From Spirochaetia bacterium (GTDB lineage Bacteria; Spirochaetota; Spirochaetia; DSM-2461), in contig OY764216.1 in assembly GCA_963668315.1 (NCBI GenBank), forward strand, positions 4,640,001-4,704,000: 64,000 nt of DNA, read 5' to 3'. The notes under the pieces were generated by a model, which ran no database searches, had not been told where the DNA came from, and saw only the letters and a list, made by a program, of their open reading frames with translations. Position 1 is the stretch's first letter. Every line of letters starts with the position of its first letter. Below, piece by piece: positions 28,898-39,025 of the stretch. Made by a program: the position numbers and the translations under genes.

Positions 28898-29311
28898 CTA
28901 ATGGGTAAGAGCGTTATAGAACTGCTCTACATATTTGAGCATATCCTCTTCGCTGCTTCCCTTAACCGGATATGTGGCATTTTCAGTATGGCCCTGAAAA
29001 TGGAAAGCATAATAGGGAAAACAGCCGCAGGTAGTTACCCGACTATACCCTACTTCCATGACGGAATTGGGCATGATAACATTCATATTGCGTGAACTCG
29101 GAACGCAATAGCAGGTGATGACTTCACTGTACATAATAACCCGTTTATTGGTTACCACAAGGGTGGACTTTCGTTTTGTACCAAGGATTTTCAGAATGAA
29201 AGCCGTAAATTTGGCCAGTGCCTGAGTAAGCGGATTGGCTCCTCCACCGTATATATCGCCTTCCACTTTAAAAACCAGTTCTTCCCCTTCTGTCAATTTG
29301 AGTTCTTTCAT
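28898..29311 (-). CDS. Hypothetical protein, PH-like with Cys clusters
   Basis: AAGGAG SD; LVVTNKRVI; TCYCVP and TTCGCF. Confidence 0.75.
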   Translation of the reverse strand: MKELKLTEGEELVFKVEGDIYGGGANPLTQALAKFTAFILKILGTKRKSTLVVTNKRVIMYSEVITCYCVPSSRNMNVIMPNSVMEVGYSRVTTCGCFPYYAFHFQGHTENATYPVKGSSEEDMLKYVEQFYNALTH

Positions 29312-29435
29312 AGATACTCCTTAAATTAATTTGTTCCAGATTGTAACATTCAACATCGACAATAGCAAATCTTTTTTTATTTTTTTACATTCACTAAAAT
29401 TGAATATAATAAACAGAAATATCTTAAATTATACC

Positions 29436-30888
29436 CTAAAAAAATCCCCTCCCGGAACCGACTCCGAAAGGGAATTTACAGCGCAGGGAAAAACTACTTC
29501 TCCAGTTCGTTCTCAATCATCTCCCAGAAAGAACCGGCAGCCCTTTAGGGCCGCCGCAGGATTTACGTAAGGCTCGACCCGTTCTTGATCCGGGATTTAT
29601 TCTCATACATCATCAGATCGGCTTCATGAATCACCTGCCCCAGAGACAGGCCTTTCCCCGGAGGAAAAACAGCCCATCCAATGCTCAAAGAAAGTCGGTA
29701 AGGCCTTCCTCCCTTCTGATTCTCCTCTTCAACCGCCCCGTTGATCCGGCGGATGATTTTTTCGATCTCCCCCGGTTCCTCCTCCTCCAGAAGGATGAGA
29801 AATTCATCTCCCCCGAATCGGGCGACCCGGTCTATCCCCTTTACCCGGCCGGACAGGATGGCGGCGACGGAGACCAGAGCCCTGTCTCCCTCCTTGTGCC
29901 CATAGGTATCATTAATCCCTTTGAAATCATTAAAATCCACCATGAGCAGGGAGAAAGCTCCCTTCCTTCCCGCATCCCGGATTCTCGACTGGAGAAGATC
30001 ATCCATCTGCTGCCTGTTGATAAGACCGGTCAGATAGTCCCGGATCTCCTTCTGGGTCTCAAGATAGACATAGGTAAACATAACCGCCAGAGCGACGGAG
30101 GGCCAGATGAAACTGGAACCGTAGAAAAGGCACTGGATTATCATCCCGAGAACGGGGAGGGAGCCGAAAAGACAGGTTGTGTGAAAAACCTTCCGGTCCC
30201 CCCTCACCCCGCTCTGGAAAAAGAGAGAAAAGGATGAGACAATAAGCAGAATACTTATGGCCACCACCACATACATCCCCGTTTCCCGGTGATAGTTATT
30301 GTTCCCGTCAACGGAAAAGACGAAATCCGTAAAGAGGGAATAGACCATGATGAGAGAAGATATTGCCAGGGGAAACATATAGAATCCCCTTTTTCTTAAT
30401 CTCTCAACCGATTCATGGAGCTGATAATCCAGATAGCATAGCCAGGCGATGAGAGGGAGAGGCTCCAGCATATAGAAAATGAAGGAAGTAAAATAGGTCA
30501 GATAATAGCTGGAGCCCTGAGCGCCGTCGGTCAGCCAGGAGAGGGAGTCGGCAATCAGCAAAAGAATGGTGCTCCAGCTCAACAAAAGAAAAAGCCGGGT
30601 GGAAAAGGTCCTGATGGGGTTCTTGAGAAAGATGACACAGTTAATGATCAGGAGCACCATGATCATGATAATATCAATGTCGATAATTACATATTTATCC
30701 ATGGGATAATCCTTTAGCCCTTTCCTCCCGGAATAGAGGGGGACAGGGAGATTATCGGCGCAATTATCTATAACCGTCTCTCTTTTTTGACAGGACGACT
30801 AAAAAAATCCCCCAACCGGAACCGAATCCGCCTGGGGGATATTCCGTAAAAGGAAGGACTACTTCTTCAGTCCGTCCTCAATCATCTC
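29436..30888. repeat. Diverged ~90-bp direct repeat (uraA 3' end + terminator)
   Basis: 29436-29523 versus 30799-30888; minus strand encodes EMIENELEK* versus EMIEDGLKK*. Confidence 0.8.
29563..30702 (-). CDS. Membrane-bound diguanylate cyclase
   Basis: About 7 TMs; DYLTGL, NDTYGH, RFGGDEF; no RxxD I-site. Confidence 0.92.
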   Translation of the reverse strand: MDKYVIIDIDIIMIMVLLIINCVIFLKNPIRTFSTRLFLLLSWSTILLLIADSLSWLTDGAQGSSYYLTYFTSFIFYMLEPLPLIAWLCYLDYQLHESVERLRKRGFYMFPLAISSLIMVYSLFTDFVFSVDGNNNYHRETGMYVVVAISILLIVSSFSLFFQSGVRGDRKVFHTTCLFGSLPVLGMIIQCLFYGSSFIWPSVALAVMFTYVYLETQKEIRDYLTGLINRQQMDDLLQSRIRDAGRKGAFSLLMVDFNDFKGINDTYGHKEGDRALVSVAAILSGRVKGIDRVARFGGDEFLILLEEEEPGEIEKIIRRINGAVEEENQKGGRPYRLSLSIGWAVFPPGKGLSLGQVIHEADLMMYENKSRIKNGSSLT

Positions 30889-32184
30889 TTCCGCCGTTTC
30901 TTCGGGAATATCGTCCAGAGACTGGGGCAGCACCAGATTAAGGATGATACCGACGACCGCGGCCAGAGCGACACCGCCCAGCTCGAAGTGCAGATCCGCC
31001 CCCAGGGGGAACCGGATCATACCGCCGCCGATACCTACGACCAGAATAACCGAGGAGATGGTCAGGTGGCGCTTCTCGCCGTAATTCACGCCGCTTTCCA
31101 CCACCGTTCTGATACCGGCCGAAGCGATGATACCGAAAAGCATCATGCTCACGCCGCCCATGACGGGAACGGGAATCGTCTGAATCAGGGCACCGAACTT
31201 CTGGATAAAGGAGAGAACCACCGCCACGACGGCGGCGCCGCCGATAACCCAGACGCTGTAGACACGGGTAATGGCCATAACGCCGATGTTCTCGCCGTAA
31301 GTCGTATTGGGAGGTCCGCCGAAGAGGGAAGCCACCGCCGTGGCGATACCGTCGCCCGCCAGGGTTCTGTGCAGACCGGGATCCTTGTAGAAATCCTTTC
31401 CCACCACCTTGCTCAGAACCAGGGTGTCCCCCAGATGCTCGGCGATGGTCGCCAGGGACACGATAAGGAAAGTCAGGATGGGGACCCAGTGAAACTTGGG
31501 GGCCACAGGTTTGGTAAAGCCGAACCAGGCCGCCTCTTTCACCGCCGTATAATCGATCAGGTGAAAAACGGGAAAGAACGCGCCCATGACCAAAGTGAAG
31601 ACATAGCCCCCCACGATCCCCAGAAGGATGGGAATCACGTTGAAAAATCCCTTGAGGACGATGGAGGAGACCACCGCGATAGCCAGGGAGACCAGGGCGA
31701 TCGTAAAATAGGCCAGATGATAGTCGCCGGTACTGGCGGTCATGGCCATATCCATGGCGGTAGGAGCCAGAGTCAGACCGATGACAATAATAACGGAACC
31801 GATAACCACGGGAGGCAGAACCCTGTCCATCCAGCCGATGCCGAAGCGCCCGATGATAAAAGCAATCACGCAGTAAAAAAGACCGGCGCAGAAAGCTCCG
31901 CCCATCGCATAGGCCACGCCGAAATCAGCGGAAGTGGAAATCGCGATAATAGGGGCGATAAAGGCAAAGGACGAGCCCAGAAAGGCGGGGACTTTCCCTT
32001 TGGTGATCAGAATATACAGCAGCGTTCCCACACCAGCGGTGAACAGAGCCGTGGTGGGGCTTAACCCGGTGAGAATGGGTACCAGAATCGTCGCGCCGAA
32101 CATGGCGAATACGTGCTGAAGACTCAAAGGAACCCAGTGCTTCAGGTCCGGCTTGTCATGAACGCCGAATTGAATATCAGACAT
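30859..32184 (-). CDS. uraA: Uracil permease (NCS2 family)
   Basis: QHVFAMFGATILVP, GSSFAF, PNTTYGENIG. Confidence 0.92.
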   Translation of the reverse strand: MSDIQFGVHDKPDLKHWVPLSLQHVFAMFGATILVPILTGLSPTTALFTAGVGTLLYILITKGKVPAFLGSSFAFIAPIIAISTSADFGVAYAMGGAFCAGLFYCVIAFIIGRFGIGWMDRVLPPVVIGSVIIVIGLTLAPTAMDMAMTASTGDYHLAYFTIALVSLAIAVVSSIVLKGFFNVIPILLGIVGGYVFTLVMGAFFPVFHLIDYTAVKEAAWFGFTKPVAPKFHWVPILTFLIVSLATIAEHLGDTLVLSKVVGKDFYKDPGLHRTLAGDGIATAVASLFGGPPNTTYGENIGVMAITRVYSVWVIGGAAVVAVVLSFIQKFGALIQTIPVPVMGGVSMMLFGIIASAGIRTVVESGVNYGEKRHLTISSVILVVGIGGGMIRFPLGADLHFELGGVALAAVVGIILNLVLPQSLDDIPEETAEEMIEDGLKK

Positions 32185-32203
32185 TTTTTCCCTCCTATGG
32201 AAT

Positions 32204-32255
32204 AAAAAAAAGAACAAAATTGTTCAATTCTAACAGCCGAGGCCAAAGGTGTCAA
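32204..32255 (-). promoter_or_regulatory. uraA sigma70 promoter with AATTTTG initial transcribed region
   Basis: TTGACA-N17-TAGAAT with extended TG; +1 region AATTTTG. Confidence 0.7.
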
Positions 32256-32289
32256 GAATAAAGGGCGAACCCGGTCCCTTCCGGTCCCC

Positions 32290-32351
32290 GGCCGGGCTTT
32301 CCGCTCATACTCCTCGGGGGCGAGCCCCTGCGGGGTGCCGCTGCAATCCCT
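32290..32351. repeat. Intergenic REP-like element copy 2
   Basis: GGCCGGGCTTTCC...CAATCCCT with internal GC hairpin. Confidence 0.55.
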
Positions 32352-32404
32352 TTCGCGTTCCGCCCCATACTGTCATCACCGGAGAAATGCTGTATATTAT
32401 CCCT

Positions 32405-35107
32405 ATGAAAAGAATCCCCGCCCTCTGCCTGTTCCTGACGGCCCTGCCCTGCCTTTTCGCCCAGTACGATCCCCGGATCAGCTGGCAGTACATAGACACG
32501 GAGTACAACCGCATCATTTTCCCCGATTACATGGCAGAAGAAGGCCTCCGGGCCGCCGCCCTGACGGAACAGGTCCGTCCCCTCATAACGGAGGGCATGG
32601 ACACGCCCTTTTTCCACGTCTACCCCGTCATCCTCTCGGGAAACGATATGACCAGCAACGGCTTCGTCACGATCTACCCCCGGCGCAGCGTATGGTACAG
32701 CTTCAACCGGGGCTTCGGTTCGGGCACGACCGAATGGTATGACCATCTGGCAGTCCATGAAGGACGCCACACGGTACAGTTCGACAGACTCAACGCCTCG
32801 GCGGGCCATATCCTCTACCTTCTGGGGGGCGAATCCTGGTACAGCCTGACCATAGGCATGACCCCCTCCTGGATATACGAGGGGGACGCCATCCGGACGG
32901 AAACGCTCTACTCCGCCTCGGGCCGGGGACGGCTCGGCTCCTACTTTGAACTGATGCGCGGCCTCTCCCTGGAAGAGACGCCCCCCTCCTACTACGAAAC
33001 CCTCCTTATCTCCTACAGGAATGCGACCCCCTCGGCCCATGCCCTGGGGTATCCCCTCATGAACTGGATAGAAGAGAATCACGGCCCCCTTGCGGCAGAC
33101 TCTCTCTTCGGCCTGATGGCCGAACTGCCCCTCCCCCTCTGGGGGCCATCCCGGGCTGTCAGGAGGGTTACCGGCCTGACGCCCCGCAGGGCCTACGACA
33201 GCATGATGGACGACCTGAAAGGGGAAACGGAGCGTATCATCGCCGCCAAGGGAACCCTTATTGAGGGGGAGAGACTGACTCCGGTTCCTCCAATCTATAC
33301 GGCCTGGTCCCAGCTCATACCCGGGACAGGGGGGGAATGGTATGGCCTGAAGGCCGATCTCTCCCATACGTCCGCCCTGTACAGATACGACGGTATGGGC
33401 CGGGAGGAAAAGCTCTTCTCCCCCTCTCCGGCCACGCGCATAGACGGCCGTGAAGGTACCTTTGTCTGGGACTCCCTCAGGACGAACCTGACCTGGACGA
33501 CCCGGCAGACCACCGACCTCTACCTGAAGGAGGAGGGAAAAAACGCCGTAAGACTGACAGAAAACGGCCGTTACTACCATCCCGCCCTGAATGAAGGGGG
33601 AGACAGAATCGCCGCCCTGGAATGGTCCCTGGAACGAAAACCCTTTCTTGTCATCCTGGACAGATCAGGCCTCATTCTCGAGAGGATACCCTTCCCCGAA
33701 GAGATCACCTACGCCTCATGGCCGGCCTGGGACGAAGACAGGGTGGTTCTGTTGGTTCAGAACCGCTGGGGCGAAGCCCTCTGGCGCCGGGAGGGGGACA
33801 GCTTCAGAACGTTGATTCCCTATACCACGGAAGACATGAACCATCCGGCTCCCTGGAACGGGGGAGTGTTTTTCTCACTCGACCGTTACGAAGGAGAGGA
33901 AATCTGCTACTGGAAAGACGGAGTAATCCGCAGAGTCAGCAATTCCCCCCTGGGAACGGGTTGGCCCGTGGCGGACCGGGAGAAAGGACGCCTTCTCATG
34001 ATCGGCTCCGAAGGCGCCCTGGGAGATTCGGTACGGACCCTTCCGCTGGACAGCTGGGAGCGGGGGCCCGAAATCATCCTGAATCCCCTTCCCCCCGCCG
34101 ATGCGCCAGGTCTTACCGGATTCGGCGAAGAAAAGAAGCGGGACTATGAAATAAAGGACTACAGGGTCCTCTCTCTCTTCAATCCCGTCGGCTGGGGAAT
34201 AACAACCCTTTCCCAGAGCGACGACGATCTGGAGATACCCTTTACACTGATTTCCATCAACCCCATGCAGACTCTGGCCTGGGAGGCGGGGCTCTACTAC
34301 AATACCAATGAGAACACTCTTTCCTACAGGGGCACGGCTGCCGTTTCCCTCTTCCTTCCGCTTATCAGCACGGGGTTTTCCCTGGATGAACGCATACGGG
34401 AGGGCCGCTCCATACATGATTTCTCAACTTCGGCGGGCCTCTCCTTTCCCCTGGGATTCACCCGCGGTCAGGATACCTTCAGCCTGGAGCTGAGCGGAGA
34501 GGCACTTTATCTATACAGCTGGACAAAAAACGATGAGGAGAGGGCCGCCGGATTTGCCGAAGCCGTCACTCTTCTCCACAGCCGCCCCGGAAGCTACCGC
34601 TCCCTGCAGCCCCGCTTTGAAGAGTCGGCGGAAATATCCCTGCTTCATACTTCCGAAGCCTCTCCCCGCCATAGATTATCCGCCTCGGGCCATCTGCTCC
34701 TTCCGGGGCTCCATCCGACCCACGGAAGCGGGTTCTACGCCTACTACGAAGAGAATCCTTCCCTCATGACCTCTCTCGTACCCGCCGTCCGCGGATGGGA
34801 TTATGTTGCCGAAAAGGAACTGATCATGGCCAGGGCCGAATATGTTCTGCCCCTTTTCTATCCCGATCTGGCCCTGGGGGGATTGGCCTATTTTCCCCGG
34901 ATCAGCGGAGAACTTTTCTATGACAGCCAGTGGGGGGGAAAGGGTTTCGAAGAGAGCAAAAGGTCGGCAGGGTTCGAACTGCTGGCGGACACCTTCTTTC
35001 TCTCCCTGCCTCTTCAGGTGAGGAGCGGCTTCCGGTTCAGCTGGCTGATAGAGGAAGAAAAGCCCTCCTTTCAGTTTGTGATTAAAGGATTCTCCGTGGA
35101 GAATTAA
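32405..35107 (+). CDS. Large exported protein: HExxH zincin-like + beta-propeller + probable C-terminal beta-barrel
   Basis: Signal peptide; HEGRH...PSWIYEG; TolB-like repeats; amphipathic C-terminal strands. Confidence 0.75.
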   Translation: MKRIPALCLFLTALPCLFAQYDPRISWQYIDTEYNRIIFPDYMAEEGLRAAALTEQVRPLITEGMDTPFFHVYPVILSGNDMTSNGFVTIYPRRSVWYSFNRGFGSGTTEWYDHLAVHEGRHTVQFDRLNASAGHILYLLGGESWYSLTIGMTPSWIYEGDAIRTETLYSASGRGRLGSYFELMRGLSLEETPPSYYETLLISYRNATPSAHALGYPLMNWIEENHGPLAADSLFGLMAELPLPLWGPSRAVRRVTGLTPRRAYDSMMDDLKGETERIIAAKGTLIEGERLTPVPPIYTAWSQLIPGTGGEWYGLKADLSHTSALYRYDGMGREEKLFSPSPATRIDGREGTFVWDSLRTNLTWTTRQTTDLYLKEEGKNAVRLTENGRYYHPALNEGGDRIAALEWSLERKPFLVILDRSGLILERIPFPEEITYASWPAWDEDRVVLLVQNRWGEALWRREGDSFRTLIPYTTEDMNHPAPWNGGVFFSLDRYEGEEICYWKDGVIRRVSNSPLGTGWPVADREKGRLLMIGSEGALGDSVRTLPLDSWERGPEIILNPLPPADAPGLTGFGEEKKRDYEIKDYRVLSLFNPVGWGITTLSQSDDDLEIPFTLISINPMQTLAWEAGLYYNTNENTLSYRGTAAVSLFLPLISTGFSLDERIREGRSIHDFSTSAGLSFPLGFTRGQDTFSLELSGEALYLYSWTKNDEERAAGFAEAVTLLHSRPGSYRSLQPRFEESAEISLLHTSEASPRHRLSASGHLLLPGLHPTHGSGFYAYYEENPSLMTSLVPAVRGWDYVAEKELIMARAEYVLPLFYPDLALGGLAYFPRISGELFYDSQWGGKGFEESKRSAGFELLADTFFLSLPLQVRSGFRFSWLIEEEKPSFQFVIKGFSVEN

Positions 35108-36267
35108 CCGAACTGGAGGGTCAGGACGAGAAAATTCCGCCCTTCCCCCATATCATTGACGCGGGATGAAAACTTAATACCCGCTTCCTCGCACTCTTCC
35201 AGAAGATAGGTGAGGTAGCTCAGCCCCATTTCCGCGGTGGGATTATCGGAGGCCTGATAGAACTCGGAAAGGGAAATATCTCCGGCGGAACTATGGAGCT
35301 TCTTATTCACCTTCTCCCTCAGGGCCATCGTTTCGGCCCCCTTGTTGTAGATGACGACTTCCAGCTTTTTCTCCGTCCCGATGGAGGAATCGGTGCGGCT
35401 GCCGATTTTCCAGGCCGTGGAGATCACCTCACCGCTCTCTTCCATGGCGGCCACAAGCTTTTCACGCTTATCCGGATCATATACCATGGACTCGTAGGAG
35501 ATGGCCCCCTGATACTTCTCCTCCACATAACTCTTGATATTCCGGCTCTCCGCACTGAGGCAGAGTTCCATATGCATAAGGGCCAGATATTCGGCGATCC
35601 GGGATTTGCTCAGAAAGTTTTCCAGGGCATTCTGCATATCCACATATACCGTGTCCCATTCAAAGGAAGAGGAGAATTTGATAAGCAGAAACCAGATGAA
35701 GGGGGGCAGATTATCCAGATACTTTTCCGAAAGGAAGATATGGATATTCTTTTCATCGGCCTGGAGGGAGGGATTCTGTGAGATCCGGCGGATAAGACCC
35801 TTCAAAATCGATTTCTTGATATCCTCTATCAGGGGCTTGCTTTTTTCCAGAATTACCTTCGTGGCGCTTTCGTTGATTTTAATTCTGGGATCAATGCTGT
35901 TGCCCGGATTATTGCGGTTCCAGGTCTTGATGGTATCCGACTCCATCACGATCCGGCTGACTTCATCGTTGAAGCTCTTGTACAGGTATCCGTAGGTAAT
36001 CAGTTTGGACAGATCCATCAGATCGGAACGGCAGGAAGTGAAATCACTGCGGGTCACCTCTATTCTGGCGACATAACCGATCATCAGCATCTGCTGGATG
36101 GAGGCGGGGGAAAACTGCTTCAGCAGAATGCCGTAGCGTTCCGTGCCGTCGGCGGTGGTAAAACGATTCAGTTTCTTATTATTGTTAATAAAGAAAGATA
36201 CCCCCGCTTCATTGAAAATGACTTTAAGGGGCAGTCCAAGTATCGACTTACGCATTTTATTTGCCAT
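35104..36267 (-). CDS. Spirochaete hypothetical protein
   Basis: Long ORF, normal codon usage; degenerate HATPase-like C-terminus. Confidence 0.75.
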   Translation of the reverse strand: MANKMRKSILGLPLKVIFNEAGVSFFINNNKKLNRFTTADGTERYGILLKQFSPASIQQMLMIGYVARIEVTRSDFTSCRSDLMDLSKLITYGYLYKSFNDEVSRIVMESDTIKTWNRNNPGNSIDPRIKINESATKVILEKSKPLIEDIKKSILKGLIRRISQNPSLQADEKNIHIFLSEKYLDNLPPFIWFLLIKFSSSFEWDTVYVDMQNALENFLSKSRIAEYLALMHMELCLSAESRNIKSYVEEKYQGAISYESMVYDPDKREKLVAAMEESGEVISTAWKIGSRTDSSIGTEKKLEVVIYNKGAETMALREKVNKKLHSSAGDISLSEFYQASDNPTAEMGLSYLTYLLEECEEAGIKFSSRVNDMGEGRNFLVLTLQFG

Positions 36268-36384
36268 TAACGGGAACACTCCACCATAATACTAACGTTA
36301 TCCTATTATAATCGAAACATAATGGATATCCCTTTAAAGAAAAGAGTCCAGTTAATTTTTTTATAAGAAAAAGAGAACGAAGAC

Positions 36385-36903
36385 CTACCAGTGGTCGTAG
36401 GAGATAATTCTTTTCTCATCCAGCCGATTATAAGGTTTGCGCTCATCATCGGATTGGCCCACCATAACGACGGCGACCACCCTCATGGAATAGGGAACGG
36501 TCAGAAGGGAACGGATTTCCGGCTCCTGATAGGTTGTGACAATGGCCGCCCCCAGGCCTTCGTGGCGGGCCTGAAACATAATATGGGAGGCAGCCATGGA
36601 AATATCCATGGGATAGGAGAGCTGGCCGTTCGGCATCTTGTAATCGATATTAGTCGTGCAGCAGATGATAACCGCACCCGCGTCGGTCACTCTTTCGTCC
36701 CCGTAGCAGAAGTCGCGGAGCTGCTCTCTCAGCGCGGGCTTTCTTATAACAATAAAGCGCCAGGGCTGACGGTTTTTCGCAGAGGGAGCCCAGCGGCCCG
36801 CTTCCAGAATCCGATCAAGGACCTCCTGATCGATAGGCTCCGGAATGAATTTTCTTACATTTGTACCCTGGAGTATTTCCCGCATGACTTCCATGGAGGG
36901 CAT
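36385..36903 (-). CDS. Nitroreductase family protein
   Basis: VRKF, WAPSAKNRQPWRF, GLG. Confidence 0.92.
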   Translation of the reverse strand: MPSMEVMREILQGTNVRKFIPEPIDQEVLDRILEAGRWAPSAKNRQPWRFIVIRKPALREQLRDFCYGDERVTDAGAVIICCTTNIDYKMPNGQLSYPMDISMAASHIMFQARHEGLGAAIVTTYQEPEIRSLLTVPYSMRVVAVVMVGQSDDERKPYNRLDEKRIISYDHW

Positions 36904-36975
36904 TTTAACATACTATTAAGAAAAGAAGTATCAGAAAAAACCGTTTTTTGTGAATTCGTGATATATTGTATGTGT

Positions 36976-37296
36976 ATGAGAGGTGTTTTTTTAAAATCCT
37001 GCGGAGTCTGTCTCCTTTTCCTTTTTTTCTCCTGTACCGATTTCGGAACCATTCCCAAGGCGGAATTTACCTTTGTGAATAGTATGTCTGATGGGATTGT
37101 AATAACTCCATCTTCTGCTGTGGACTGGACAACATTTACTGTAGCATCAGGAAGCACACATCGATTACTCACTGAAAACAGTGCACTCCAATTTACAGCA
37201 GCAACTTCCGGAGGACAACCAATTCAACTAAATGATCATTACATGACCTATACGTCTACAACAAGAACTTATCTATTTTATGATTTTATACCATAG
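36976..37296 (+). CDS. Small AT-rich lipoprotein
   Basis: Lipobox LFFSC; Thr/Ser-rich beta body. Confidence 0.6.
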   Translation: MRGVFLKSCGVCLLFLFFSCTDFGTIPKAEFTFVNSMSDGIVITPSSAVDWTTFTVASGSTHRLLTENSALQFTAATSGGQPIQLNDHYMTYTSTTRTYLFYDFIP

Positions 37297-37449
37297 CCCC
37301 AAAAGCTATATATATTTTTCTTAATATATCTTGATTTCCTGAACCACTTATAGTATTTTCTAAGGCATAAAGACAACAAAGAAATTATCCCGGGATGGAA
37401 GAGCAGTATGAATCATCAAATGTCCCGGTTACACTAAGGAGTGAGAAAC

Positions 37450-38385
37450 ATGGCTGATTGGGATTTAATTATCATAGGGGCCGGTCCGGCGGGACTGGCG
37501 GCGGCGCAGTACGGTTCCCGCGCCAATCTCAAGTGCGTGGTAGTGGAGGAAATGGCGGCGGGCGGACAGGCTCTGACCATCGACGACCTGGAAAACTACC
37601 CCGGATTCGCCCAGGGGATCACCGGATTTCAATTTAGCGATGACATGCGCGCCCAGGCGGAAAAATTCGGCGCCGAATTCAAATCGGCCAGCGTTAAGGA
37701 GATCGTCAAGGCGGGAAATGAGTTCATCGTCAAGACAGGCCGGGAGGAGCTGAAAGCCCCTGCCGTCATTTACGCCACGGGAGCCAAGCACCGTCACCTG
37801 GGAGTCCCCGGAGAAGAGGAATTCGCCGGACGGGGCGTCTCCTACTGCGCCACCTGCGACGGCCCTTTCTTCAAGGGAAAGAAGATCATGGTCGTGGGAG
37901 GGGGAGACGCGGCCTGTGACGAAGCAGCCTACCTCTCCAAGCTCTCCGACAAGGTGAAAATCGTTCACAGAAGGGACAGGTTCCGTGCCCAGAAGGCCGT
38001 GGCAGACCGGGTTCTGAACAACCCCAACATCGAAGTGGTCTTCAATACGGTCTGCGAAGAGATCAAAGGAGACCAGAAGGTTAATAAGGTGATCCTCAAG
38101 GATACGGTCACGGGAGAAATCCGGGAAGAGGAGATGGATGCGGTTTTCATTTTCGTAGGCACCATACCCCAGACCCAGACCGCCCCCGAAGTTGATCTGG
38201 ATGAAATGGGTTACATCAAGTCCAATCAGAAGATGGAAACATCCCTGCCCGGTTTCTTTGCCGTGGGCGATGTGAGGGACACCCCCTTCCGCCAGGTGAT
38301 CACCGCCTGTTCAGACGGGGCCATTGCGGCTCACGTGGCCTCGAATTACATTGACGAGATGCGTGGCCAGGCTTACGGTAAGTAA
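37450..38385 (+). CDS. trxB: Thioredoxin reductase
   Basis: GAGPAG, CATCDG, GGGDAA, HRRD. Confidence 0.96.
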   Translation: MADWDLIIIGAGPAGLAAAQYGSRANLKCVVVEEMAAGGQALTIDDLENYPGFAQGITGFQFSDDMRAQAEKFGAEFKSASVKEIVKAGNEFIVKTGREELKAPAVIYATGAKHRHLGVPGEEEFAGRGVSYCATCDGPFFKGKKIMVVGGGDAACDEAAYLSKLSDKVKIVHRRDRFRAQKAVADRVLNNPNIEVVFNTVCEEIKGDQKVNKVILKDTVTGEIREEEMDAVFIFVGTIPQTQTAPEVDLDEMGYIKSNQKMETSLPGFFAVGDVRDTPFRQVITACSDGAIAAHVASNYIDEMRGQAYGK

Positions 38386-38406
38386 GAATCCTGCCCGCAG
38401 GAGATA

Positions 38407-38432
38407 ACAGGCCCCCAGGGGCCTGTTTTTTT
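38407..38432 (+). terminator. Rho-independent terminator
   Basis: ACAGGCCCC/GGGGCCTGT followed by T run. Confidence 0.75.
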
Positions 38433-38524
38433 ATCCCTTGACCCGTAAAATTGAGCTCACCTATAATAGGAACCGCTACAAGAATCGTCGGCCGCGGTAT
38501 TTAACAAACAGAAAAGGAACGGAT

Positions 38525-39025
38525 ATGAAACTGACATTAAGAGCCCTCTCTCCCCTGGATGGAGTAAAGGAGTGGCGTTTCCTGCAGGAACTGGAAAAGG
38601 AGAAAAACGGCTTCGGAAATGACAGACATGGAATCGCCGAAGCAGATTTTCCCTCCTACCTGCTTAAGCATGTGAGCGGAGCAAACCGCGTAAACCTTCC
38701 CGATGGAATTGTTCCCCAGACGACCTATTGGCTAACCGACGGAGACCGCATTCTGGGAATGGTAAAACTGCGCCACCATCTGACAGAAGGTCTCCTTGCA
38801 CACGGCGGCCATATCGGTTACGCCGTCCACCCCGATCACCGGGGGAAGGGATACGGCAAGAGGATGCTGGCCCTGACCCTTGAAAAAGCCAGACTCAAAG
38901 GTCTGGATAATGTCCTGATAACCTGTAACCAGGATAACCGGGGCTCCCGGGGTGTCATAGAAGCAAACGGCGGCCGGCTCTGGAAGGAGAACGAAAAAAG
39001 CCGCTGGTACTGGATAGAATTATGA
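38525..39025 (+). CDS. GNAT acetyltransferase
   Basis: GHIGYAV, RGKGYG, N..S..VIEANGG. Confidence 0.88.
   Translation: MKLTLRALSPLDGVKEWRFLQELEKEKNGFGNDRHGIAEADFPSYLLKHVSGANRVNLPDGIVPQTTYWLTDGDRILGMVKLRHHLTEGLLAHGGHIGYAVHPDHRGKGYGKRMLALTLEKARLKGLDNVLITCNQDNRGSRGVIEANGGRLWKENEKSRWYWIEL

Larger units (their letters stand above)
27890..29547. repeat. Exact 17-bp direct repeat GAACCGGCAGCCCTTTA
   Basis: Copies at 27890-27906 (3' end of cNMP gene) and 29531-29547. Confidence 0.85.
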
